Assembly (NCBI RefSeq): GCF_000193795.1
Contig: NZ_AEPI01000022.1
Source of the DNA: Neisseria lactamica NS19
Lineage (GTDB): Bacteria > Pseudomonadota > Gammaproteobacteria > Burkholderiales > Neisseriaceae
Reading direction: 5' to 3' (one strand)
DNA length: 24,000 nt
Made by a program: the position numbers and the translations under genes. Shown in pieces: positions 7,560-19,458 of this stretch. The notes beneath the pieces were generated by a model. The model saw only the letters and a program-made list of their open reading frames with translations, was not told the origin of the DNA and searched no databases. The first letter of the stretch is position 1. The number at the start of each line of letters is the position of its first letter.

Positions 7560-7588
7560 ATTATCCGCCGTTTCTTACCCGTTGTCAA
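7560..7588 (-). promoter_or_regulatory. Promoter of the upstream sibling sRNA
   Basis: Minus strand: consensus TTGACA (7588-7583), 17 nt, GATAAT (7565-7560). Confidence 0.7.
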
Positions 7589-7803
7589 TTATTTTCTGAA
7601 AATTTATCCGACCGATTCAAATTTTGCAAAAAACTTGCCCGATGGCTATCCGGTAACAAATTCCCTCAAAAACCCGTCAATCCACTTATTCAAAAAAATC
7701 ATATGCTTTCATTGAAATAAACTTTTGATTTTTCTTTATCGGCTGTTGCTTTTGATTCGCTAAATTTGCTGAAATTCAAATTTAAATTCAAATCTTCCGG
7801 ATG

Positions 7804-7958
7804 TATAGTGGATTAACAAAAATCAGGACAAGGCAACGAAGCCGCAGACAGTACAAATAGTACGGAACCGATTCACTTGGTGCTTCAGCACCTTAGAGAA
7901 TCGTTCTCTTTGAGCTAAGGCGAGGCAATGCCGTACCGGTTTTTGTTAATCCACTATA
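7804..7958. mobile_element. Correia repeat-enclosed element, long (~155 bp) form
   Basis: Same terminal inverted repeats as the other copies, plus the internal segment GGAACCGATTCACTTGGTGCTTCAGCACCTTAGAGAATCGTTCTCTTTGAGCTAAGG. Confidence 0.95.
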
Positions 7959-8132
7959 TTTTTTTGCAGGCATTGTGCGGGTAAATCGCCGTTTTGTCCC
8001 TTGTCAGGTTTTGTGCATATCGGGGAAAACCGAAATCGTCCGCACCTGCGCCGGTGTCGATTCGTCCCTTGCCATCTTGGGATATATCCAGCAAAATCGA
8101 TGTATCGGTATTTTGATTTGTGTTTTGAGAAG

Positions 8133-8621
8133 ATGACCCCGTTATTTAGAAAAGCCGTTTGGCTGCTGTTTGCCGTTTCGGTCTGTGCATTTGCCGGTTC
8201 TTTGGCGGCTCAGTATGTTTTGGGCATGGATCCTTGTGTTTTGTGTATCAGCCAGCGGTTATGCGTTTTGGCAACCGCATTGTGTGCGGCAATTGTGCTG
8301 GCGTGTAAGCCCAAGAGCAGGGTGGGTGGACTGTCGGGCGCAGTGTTTATCAGTATTCCCGCTGTTACGGGTATTTCTGTTGCGGCATATCAGTTGTGGT
8401 TGCAGTCGCTGCCGCCGGGTACGGCTCCTTCGTGCGGCGCGCCGTGGACGTTCCGCTTGAAAGGCTGGCCCCTGTTTGATTGGTTCGAGCCTGTCGTGCG
8501 CGGGTTCGGAAATTGTGCCGAACCGGATTATCTGCTGGGGGTTGCTTTGCCTGTTTGGAGCGTGGCGTATTTTCTGGCGGTTGTTCTGACGGTTTGGTGG
8601 GCGTGGGCAAGGGCTAAATAA
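8133..8621 (+). CDS. dsbB: Disulfide bond formation protein B
   Basis: The ATG at 8133 (MTPLFRKAVWLLFAV...) is preferred over the TTG at 8001. It has four predicted TM segments, the first CxxC pair (CVLC) and a second periplasmic Cys pair (SCGAP ... GNCAEP). Confidence 0.88.
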   Translation: MTPLFRKAVWLLFAVSVCAFAGSLAAQYVLGMDPCVLCISQRLCVLATALCAAIVLACKPKSRVGGLSGAVFISIPAVTGISVAAYQLWLQSLPPGTAPSCGAPWTFRLKGWPLFDWFEPVVRGFGNCAEPDYLLGVALPVWSVAYFLAVVLTVWWAWARAK

Positions 8622-8625
8622 ATCA

Positions 8626-8652
8626 ATGCCGTCTGAAAGGTTCAGACGGCAT
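8626..8652. terminator. Bidirectional inverted DUS pair terminator between convergent dsbB and yebC
   Basis: ATGCCGTCTGAA (8626-8637) and TTCAGACGGCAT (8641-8652). Confidence 0.8.
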
Positions 8653-8678
8653 TGTCAGGATGCTTGTGCAAGACGGTA

Positions 8679-9407
8679 TCAGTCTAAATTCAGTACGGCA
8701 GAAGTGTAAACGTCTTGTACGTCGTCCAAGTCTTCCAGCGCGTCAATCAGCTTCTGCATTTTGACGGCATCGTCGCCGGAGAGTTCGGTTTCGTTTTGGG
8801 CGCGCATCGTAACGTCGCCGTCAACGGATTTGTAACCTGCCGCTTCTAGAGCGGATTTCACGCCCGCCCAATCATTTGGCGCAGTGATGACTTCGATTGA
8901 GCCGTCGTCGTTGGCAACCACGTCTTCCGCACCGGCTTCCAAAGCCGCTTCCATCAGCGCGTCTTCATCAACGCCGGGTTCAAATACCAAATAACCTTGA
9001 TGTACGAAGTTGAACGCTACGCAGCCGTCGGTACCCAAGTTGCCGCCGTTTTTGGTGAACGCATGGCGTACGTCCGCAACAGTGCGGGTTTTGTTGTCGG
9101 TCAGGCAGTCCACCATCAAAGCCGCACCGCCGATGCCGTAGCCTTCGTAGCGCAATTCGATGTATTCCACACCCTCCAAGTTGCCCGTACCTTTGTCGAT
9201 GGCGCGTTGCACATTGTCTTTGGGCATATTGTTTTCGGCTGCTTTTTCCAGAGCCAGGCGCAGGCGCGGGTTCGCACCGGGATCGCCGCCGCCCATACGC
9301 GCCGCAACGGTGATTTCTTTGATCAAACGGGTGAAGATTTTGCCGCGTTTGGCATCCTGACGGGCTTTTTTATGCTGGATATTCGCCCACTTGCTATGGC
9401 CTGCCAT
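8679..9407 (-). CDS. yebC: YebC/PmpR family DNA-binding transcriptional regulator
   Basis: 242 aa. The N-terminus [32 protein letters not shown] is the hallmark of this family. Confidence 0.93.
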   Translation of the reverse strand: MAGHSKWANIQHKKARQDAKRGKIFTRLIKEITVAARMGGGDPGANPRLRLALEKAAENNMPKDNVQRAIDKGTGNLEGVEYIELRYEGYGIGGAALMVDCLTDNKTRTVADVRHAFTKNGGNLGTDGCVAFNFVHQGYLVFEPGVDEDALMEAALEAGAEDVVANDDGSIEVITAPNDWAGVKSALEAAGYKSVDGDVTMRAQNETELSGDDAVKMQKLIDALEDLDDVQDVYTSAVLNLD

Positions 9408-9523
9408 AAATTTCCTTTCTTATTTCAAATAATTAATCTGTTCTTGTCAGATTTTTTACGGTCGGCATTTTAACATAAGTTGCAAGTACCCAAAATATCC
9501 TGTTTTATGCCGCGCCGTTGTCG

Positions 9524-9535
9524 ATGCCGTCTGAA
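9524..9535 (+). repeat. Single AT-DUS in the yebC / symporter divergent intergenic region
   Basis: ATGCCGTCTGAA exact. Confidence 0.95.
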
Positions 9536-9733
9536 AACGATTTCCTCCGCTTTCCGCTTAAAAATAAAGAAATATTTTAATTGACGATATTTTACGGTAT
9601 GATGGCACAGCTTTTCCCGGATTGTTGACAATTAAAGGCATTTGTTGCGGCAAATACGGTCTGCTCGCCGTGTTTCCTTATTGGAATGTCTTTGGGAAAG
9701 CAGTCATTTTAATCGTAAGATAAGGTTTATTTT

Positions 9734-11152
9734 ATGGAAAATATATTGTCTGTTCTGGTGGGTACAGTCAATCGGTTTCTTTGGGACTACCTGCTGATTT
9801 ATGCCCTTTTGGGCATCGGTCTGTTTTTTACGCTGTATCTCGGTGCGCCTCAGATTTTGAAGTTTGGCGCGGGGTTTAAATCCGTATTCGGCGGTTTGTT
9901 TGCCAAAAGGGATAAAGACGATAAGTCCTTATCGCAGTTTCAGGCGCTGGCGGTTGCCATATCCGCGCAAATCGGTACGGGTAACGTCGCCGGCGTGGCG
10001 ACCGCCATTACCGCAGGCGGGCCGGGCGCGATTTTCTGGATGTGGCTTTCTGCCGTTTTGGGGATGTCCACGATTTTTGCGGAGGCACTGCTGGCGCAGA
10101 AATACCGCGTCGTCAGCCACGGCAAATATATCGGCGGGCCGGCATTTTATATTACGCACGGACTGACTCCGAAAATCGGTCGCGGCGCGGCGCGTTTTTT
10201 GTCCGGTTTCTTTTCCATCGCGTTGATTATCGCATTGGGCTTTATCGGCAATGCGACTCAGGCAAACTCCATCGCTTCTGCCGTTACCATTGCGTTTGAT
10301 GTGCCTTCGCCTGCCGTGGGCATCGCGCTTGCCGTCTTGGCGGGTATGGTCGTCGTCGGCGGGGTAAACCGTATTGCCAATATCGCCCAGTTTGTCGTGC
10401 CGTTTATGGCGGTTGTTTATATTTTGTGCGCCGTCGTTATCCTGTTTGAATTTTCCGACCACATTGTGCCGATGTTCAACCACATCTTTACCGCCGCCTT
10501 CAATCCCGAATCCGTATTGGGCGGTGCGGCGGGTATCGGTATGCGCGAAGCCGTCCGTTTCGGCGTGGCGCGCGGACTGTTTTCAAACGAGGCGGGGATG
10601 GGTTCTACGCCGCACGCCCACGCGACTGCGGATGTGAAGCACCCTGTCCAACAAGGTATGGCGGCATTTGTCGGCGTGTTTATCGATACGATTTTGGTGT
10701 GTACGGCTACGGCATTGATTATTTTGCTGACTGATGCCAACCTTTCCGGCGAACAAGGCGCGGCGGTTACCCAATTCGCCTTTAATAAGGCATTCCCGGG
10801 CTTCGGTTCGCAATTACTTGCCGTGTGCCTGACTTTCTTTGCCTTCACCACCATCATCGGCTGGTATTATTTCGGCGAATCCAATATCCGCTTCCTGTTC
10901 CGGGGCAGGCATTTGGGTATTTACCGTGCGTTGGTTTTGTGTGCCATCGTTTTGGGCACGCTCGGCAAAGTCGATTTGGTGTGGAATTTGTCGGATATGT
11001 TCAACGGTTTTATGGTTATCCCCAACCTGATTGCCTTGTTCTTGCTGCGTAAGGAAATCCGCGCCATTTATGATGATTATCTGATGCAGCAAAAAGCGGG
11101 ACGGGATTTGTCTTATCAGTATGAATTTCACGAATTCCACGATAAGCAATAA
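9734..11152 (+). CDS. Alanine/glycine:cation symporter (AGCS family)
   Basis: 472 aa polytopic membrane protein. The AGCS signature region is FQALAVAISAQIGTGNVAGVATAITAGGPGAIFWMW, with GLFSNEAGMGSTPHAHA. Confidence 0.9.
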   Translation: MENILSVLVGTVNRFLWDYLLIYALLGIGLFFTLYLGAPQILKFGAGFKSVFGGLFAKRDKDDKSLSQFQALAVAISAQIGTGNVAGVATAITAGGPGAIFWMWLSAVLGMSTIFAEALLAQKYRVVSHGKYIGGPAFYITHGLTPKIGRGAARFLSGFFSIALIIALGFIGNATQANSIASAVTIAFDVPSPAVGIALAVLAGMVVVGGVNRIANIAQFVVPFMAVVYILCAVVILFEFSDHIVPMFNHIFTAAFNPESVLGGAAGIGMREAVRFGVARGLFSNEAGMGSTPHAHATADVKHPVQQGMAAFVGVFIDTILVCTATALIILLTDANLSGEQGAAVTQFAFNKAFPGFGSQLLAVCLTFFAFTTIIGWYYFGESNIRFLFRGRHLGIYRALVLCAIVLGTLGKVDLVWNLSDMFNGFMVIPNLIALFLLRKEIRAIYDDYLMQQKAGRDLSYQYEFHEFHDKQ

Positions 11153-11167
11153 TGTCCGGCAAATAGA

Positions 11168-11200
11168 AAGCCTCCCTGCCTTCAGGTTTGGGAGGTTTTT
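11168..11200 (+). terminator. Rho-independent terminator of the symporter gene
   Basis: AAGCCTCCC / GGGAGGTTT stem, 13-nt loop, T5. Confidence 0.7.
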
Positions 11201-11204
11201 GTGT

Positions 11205-11216
11205 TTCAGACGGCAT
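11205..11216 (-). repeat. Single AT-DUS (reverse orientation)
   Basis: TTCAGACGGCAT exact. Confidence 0.95.
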
Positions 11217-11329
11217 ATCGGGCGATACCGCCGCCGGATGCGGGCAAATGCCGGATGGAGCCGGTACTTCCTTGACCACCCCGTAGGTTTATAGGGATAA
11301 TCCTCAAGTGGCAGGTAAGCGTCCTTAAT

Positions 11330-11359
11330 ATTATAATCAAAGAAATGTTTGATTATAAT
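11330..11359. repeat. Perfect inverted repeat with 12-bp arms and a 6-bp spacer at the left edge of the AT-rich lac segment
   Basis: ATTATAATCAAA gaaatg TTTGATTATAAT. Each arm contains a TATAAT hexamer. Confidence 0.9.
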
Positions 11360-11609
11360 CAAGGCAATACTTACCAAGCCCAATATATTTTTAGCGGCAT
11401 TATTTTTGAATCATTGCAGAATTGATAGTTATCATTGGTTTTCTTATTGCCGACGTTAATTTTCCTGTTTTGCGAACCATATTATGGGAAATAAATCTCA
11501 ATATTGATATTTTCGGCTTATGTCACGTTTTATAATGAATGTGATTATTTAAAAAGAATGATAAATTGATATTTAAATTGTCCTGATACTAAAAATACAG
11601 AGGTGTAAG

Positions 11610-15921
<4,312 letters not shown>

Positions 15922-15942
15922 GGATATATGCCAACCGCAGCA

Positions 15943-15972
15943 AAAACCGCCTTTATTACAGGCGGTTTTTTG
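15943..15972 (+). terminator. Rho-independent terminator after lacZ
   Basis: AAAACCGCC / GGCGGTTTT stem, 9-nt loop, T-run. Confidence 0.8.
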
Positions 15973-16091
15973 TGGCTTTAGATAACTGTTTGTTTATATA
16001 TTGAAATTTTTATACAAAAAGTATTTTCGCGCGGTTTGTCTGATTCGGGGAAATATTTTGAAAATTTTTAGTGTTTTCTCGATACGGAAAA

Positions 16092-16196
16092 TATAGTGGA
16101 TTAACAAAAATCAGGACAAGGCGACGAAGCCGCAGACAGTACAAATAGTACGGCAAGGTGAGGCAACGCCGTACTGGTTTTTGTTAATCCACTATA
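16092..16196. mobile_element. Correia repeat-enclosed element, short (~105 bp) form
   Basis: TATAGTGGATTAACAAAAATCAGGACAAGGCGACGAAGCC ... GGTTTTTGTTAATCCACTATA, nearly identical to the 6570-6674 copy. Confidence 0.95.
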
Positions 16197-16397
16197 ATCT
16201 TAAGGCAAGCAAGTTGGAAGGGGCTTATTTTATCCTTGTAAAGTTTATATATTTCGGCAGCGCAGTATTCTGCCCGCCGCCTGTCAAGCCGTTCCTGCCG
16301 TCGGGGCGGAGGGGCGGCGTTATCGTAAAATCTTCCGGGGTGCGGGCTTTGCGCGGCATCTGCCTGGAAATGTGTATGTTAAAATCTGTTTTTTCTT

Positions 16398-16409
16398 TTC
16401 AGACGGCAT
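16398..16409 (-). repeat. Single AT-DUS (reverse) immediately upstream of the DUF2868-like gene start
   Basis: TTCAGACGGCAT exact. Confidence 0.95.
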
Positions 16410-17106
16410 TTTATGTTGAATCCATCCCGAAAACTGGTTGAGCTGGTCCGTATTTTGGAAGAAGGCGGCTTTATTTTCAGCGGCGATTCCGTGCAGGCGA
16501 CGGAGGCTTTGCGCCGCGTGGACGGCAGTACGGAGGAAAAAATCATCCGTCGGGCGGAGATAATCGACAGAAACCGTATGCTGCGGGACACGTTGGAGCG
16601 TGTGCGTGCGGGGTCGTTCTGGTTGTGGGTGGCTGCGGCAACGTTTATGTTTTTTACCGGTTTTTCCGGCGCGTATCTTCTAATGGACAATCAGGGGCTG
16701 AATTTCTTTTGGTTTTGGCGGGCGTGTTGGGCATGAATACGCTGATGCTGGCAGTATGGTTGGCAACGCTGTTCCTGCGCGTGAAAGTAGGGCGGTTTTT
16801 CAGCAGTCCGGCGACGTGGTTTCGGGGCAAAAACCCTGTCAATCAGGCGGTGTTGCGGCTGTATGCGGACGAATGGCGGCAGCCTTCGGCGCGTTGGATT
16901 GCCGGAGCGGCTTCGCACAGCTTGTGGCTTTGCACATTGGGCGGGATGCTGGTGTCGGTATTGCTGCTGCTTTTGGTGCGCCAATATACGTTCAACTGGG
17001 AAAGCACGCTGTTGGGCAATGTCGCTTCGGTACGCGCGGTGGAAATGCTGGCGTGGCTGCCGTCAAAGCTCGGTTTTTCCGCGCCGGACGCGCGGGCGGT
17101 GGTCGG

Positions 17107-17118
17107 AGGCCGTCTGAA
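17107..17118 (+). repeat. AG-prefixed DUS inside the coding sequence
   Basis: AGGCCGTCTGAA exact. Confidence 0.9.
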
Positions 17119-17637
17119 CGGCAATATCGCCGATGCGCGCGCGTGGTCGGGCCTGTTGGTCGGCAGCATTGCCTGCTACGGCATCCTGCCGCGCCTGCTG
17201 GCTTGGGCGGCGTGTAAAATCCTTTTGAAAACAAGCAAAAACGGATTGGATTTGGAAAGACCCTATTATCAGGCGGTCATCCGCCGCTGGCAGAACAAAA
17301 TCGTCGATGCGGATACGCATCAGGAAACCGTGTCCGCCGTTTCGCCGAAAATCGTCTTGAACGATGCGCCGAAATGGGCGGTCATGCTGGAGACCGAGTG
17401 GCACGAAGGCACATGGTTTGAGGGCAGGCTGGCGCAGGAATGGCTGGATAAGGGCGTGGCGGCGAATCGTGAAGAAGTTGCCGCTTTGGAAGCCGAGTTG
17501 AAACAGAAGCCGGCGCAACTGCTCATCGGTGTGCGCGCCCAAACCGTGCCGGACCGCGGCGTGTTGCGGCAGATTGTGCGGCTTTCGGAAGCGGCGCAGG
17601 GCGGGGCGGTGGTGCAACTTTTGGCGGAACAGGGGCT

Positions 17638-17649
17638 TTCAGACGGCCT
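17638..17649 (-). repeat. AG-prefixed DUS (reverse) inside the coding sequence
   Basis: TTCAGACGGCCT exact. Confidence 0.9.
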
Positions 17650-17730
17650 GTCGGAGACGTTGGAACATTGGCGTAACGCGCTGACCGAATGCGGCGCGGC
17701 GTGGCTGGAGCCCGACAGGGCGGCGCAGGA

Positions 17731-17742
17731 AGGCCGTCTGAA
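17731..17742 (+). repeat. AG-prefixed DUS inside the coding sequence
   Basis: AGGCCGTCTGAA exact. Confidence 0.9.
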
Positions 17743-17964
17743 AGCCGGCAAACACACCTGACTCGCCCTACCAAGCCGCCATTCTGAAAAACCGTTTGAA
17801 AATCTGTTTTTTAAAAAAAATAGGCATTCCGTTGATGCAACCCCGATTAATCGGACAAAATACCTTTATATTCAATGTTATCAATTTCTACCCGGACGGA
17901 AATAAGCGGCTTTTCCCTTGCAAACGGACGGAATCGACCGGGCATTCAAACACAGCTAAAAAAT

Positions 17965-19308
17965 ATGATGGATAAACAACCTCTTTCCCTAGCCGTCGTC
18001 GGGCACACCAATACCGGCAAAACTTCGCTTTTGCGTACCCTGTTGCGCGACAGCGGGTTCGGCGAAGTCAAAAACGCCCCGTCCACCACGCGTTATGTCG
18101 AAGAAGCCGCGATTGCCGACGGCGGCGACACGCTGCTGAACCTGTACGACACGCCCGGACTCGAAGACGCGGGCGGCGTTTTGGAATGGCTGGAAACCCA
18201 TACGGATACGCGTTCAGACGGCATCGAGCGGCTGCAGCAATTCCTCGGCAGCCACGGCGCGTATCACGATTTCAACCAAGAAGCCAAAGTGCTGCGGCAG
18301 CTTTTGCACAGCGATGCGGCGTTGTACGTCATCGACGCGCGCGAGCCGGTTCTCGGCAAATACAGGGATGAACTGATTATCCTGTCGTGGTGCGCCAAAC
18401 CGATTATGCCCGTGTTCAACTTTACCGGCGGACAGCTTCCCGAAGCGTGGACGGCTATGCTGGCGCGGAGAAACCTGCACGTTTTCGCAGGGTTCGACAC
18501 TGTTGCCTTTGATTTTGAAGGTGAATTAAATCTATGGAACAAACTTGCCACTATGCTGCCGCAACAAGGCATCATCGACCGCCTGACCGCCGCCCGCCGC
18601 CGCGAATGGACGCGTTTGGACAAAGAAGCGCGGCACGAAATCGCCGACTTTTTAATTGATGCCGCCGCGTTCAGGCAGGAAGTGGGCGAAAACGGCGATA
18701 CAGCCCCCGTGTTGCGCGAGATGCAGGCAGAAATCCGCCGGCTCGAACAGCAGATGCAGCAGCGGCTGTTTGCCCTCTACCGCTTCTACTACAACGAAAT
18801 CGACGGCGGCGACCGGATGCCGCAAGCCTTCCGCCAAGACCCGTTCGACAGCGAATTGCTCAAGCAATACGGCATCCGCACCGGCACGGGCGCGGCAACC
18901 GGCGCACTCATCGGCTTGGGGCTGGACATCGCCACGTTCGGCGGTTCGCTCGGCTTGGGTACGGCAATCGGCGGTTTTTTGGGCGGCATCCTGCCCAATA
19001 CCCGCACCATTTCCGACAAACTCGCCGGCCGCCAAACCTTACACATAGATTCCGAAACCCTGACCCTACTCGCCGCCCGCGCCCTCGGTTTGCTCCACGT
19101 CCTGCAAACGCGCGGACACGCGGCGCAATCGCAAGTCGGGTTGCACAGCCTTAAAGCCCCTTGGATGCCGGACAAACTCCCGCCCGAACTCCACAAAGCC
19201 CGCAGCAGGTGGAAATGGTCGTCCCTCAATACGCACCGCCCCGAAACCAGCCGCGCCGAACGCAGGGAATATGCGGAGAAGCTCGGGATACGTTTGGCGG
19301 GCAAATAA
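17965..19308 (+). CDS. Membrane-anchored P-loop GTPase with a DUF3482-type C-terminal region
   Basis: The start is set at MMDKQPLSLAVVGHTNTGKTS (the ORF track starts at 17875, and neither start has a strong RBS). G1 is GHTNTGKTS and G3 is DTPGLED. A coiled-coil-like segment (EMQAEIRRLEQQMQQRL) precedes a glycine-zipper membrane segment GTGAATGALIGLGLDIATFGGSLGLGTAIGGFLGGILP. Confidence 0.8.
   Translation: MMDKQPLSLAVVGHTNTGKTSLLRTLLRDSGFGEVKNAPSTTRYVEEAAIADGGDTLLNLYDTPGLEDAGGVLEWLETHTDTRSDGIERLQQFLGSHGAYHDFNQEAKVLRQLLHSDAALYVIDAREPVLGKYRDELIILSWCAKPIMPVFNFTGGQLPEAWTAMLARRNLHVFAGFDTVAFDFEGELNLWNKLATMLPQQGIIDRLTAARRREWTRLDKEARHEIADFLIDAAAFRQEVGENGDTAPVLREMQAEIRRLEQQMQQRLFALYRFYYNEIDGGDRMPQAFRQDPFDSELLKQYGIRTGTGAATGALIGLGLDIATFGGSLGLGTAIGGFLGGILPNTRTISDKLAGRQTLHIDSETLTLLAARALGLLHVLQTRGHAAQSQVGLHSLKAPWMPDKLPPELHKARSRWKWSSLNTHRPETSRAERREYAEKLGIRLAGK
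18213..18224 (-). repeat. AT-DUS (reverse) inside the GTPase coding sequence
   Basis: TTCAGACGGCAT exact. Confidence 0.95.
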
Positions 19309-19319
19309 TGCCGTCTGAA
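19308..19319 (+). repeat. AT-DUS overlapping the GTPase stop codon
   Basis: ATGCCGTCTGAA exact. Confidence 0.95.
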
Positions 19320-19377
19320 GCCGGTTTGCGGCTGCCGGGCGGGCGTGCAATCGGGACGGGGTGCTGCGGACGGCGGT

Positions 19378-19413
19378 AAAAAAACGGGTTCTGCAACATA
19401 CAGAACCCGTTTT
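19378..19413. terminator. Hairpin terminator, stronger on the minus strand (second infB terminator)
   Basis: A7, CGGGTTCTG, 7-nt loop, CAGAACCCG, TTTT. On the minus strand the hairpin is followed by T7. Confidence 0.7.
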
Positions 19414-19416
19414 CCG

Positions 19417-19443
19417 ATGCCGTCTGAACGCTTCAGACGGCAT
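19417..19443. terminator. Inverted DUS pair terminator directly downstream of infB
   Basis: ATGCCGTCTGAA (19417-19428) and TTCAGACGGCAT (19432-19443) followed by TTTTT. Confidence 0.8.
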
Positions 19444-19458
19444 TTTTCCGCATCAAAA

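Larger units (their letters stand above)
16413..17761 (+). pseudogene. DUF2868-like integral membrane protein gene, split by a frameshift
   Basis: ORFs 16413-16736 (107 aa) and 16625-17761 (378 aa) overlap in different frames. Joining ...AYLLMDNQGLNFF to LVLAGVLGMNTLMLAVW... gives one ~450 aa protein. Adding one T to the T4 run at 16707-16710 restores the frame. The protein has an N-terminal soluble part, then several TM helices and an Ala/Arg-rich C-terminal domain. Confidence 0.65.

Noticed and set aside
7335-7720. Three small ORFs (65, 76 and 75 aa) in the lrp-dsbB intergenic region
   Set aside because: They overlap each other and the sRNA promoters and terminators, have no RBS, and their translations are low-complexity. 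The repeated promoter/seed/terminator architecture explains the region better.
8001-8132. TTG-initiated 44-codon extension of dsbB
   Set aside because: It would add a non-hydrophobic, Arg/Cys-rich leader starting just after the Correia element. The ATG at 8133 gives a normal DsbB N-terminus.
9408-9733. I looked for a glycine riboswitch or other leader upstream of the alanine/glycine symporter
   Set aside because: I could not find the conserved glycine-riboswitch core or any convincing paired structure by eye. Only a lone DUS and weak promoter-like hexamers are present. A covariance-model scan would be needed to be sure.
10814-11383. 189 aa minus-strand ORF spanning the 3' end of the symporter gene, its terminator and the island border
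   Set aside because: It crosses a terminator and a sharp compositional boundary and lies antisense to a well-supported gene. It is not plausible as a real gene.
16193-16198. TATAAT hexamer created at the right junction of the Correia element, considered as an outward promoter toward the DUF2868 gene
   Set aside because: There is no acceptable -35 hexamer at 16-18 bp spacing inside the element, and the gene start is more than 200 bp away. This is too speculative without TSS data.
16181-16441. 86 aa ORF beginning inside the Correia element
   Set aside because: It starts within the repeat, has no RBS and resembles nothing known. It is most likely intergenic sequence.
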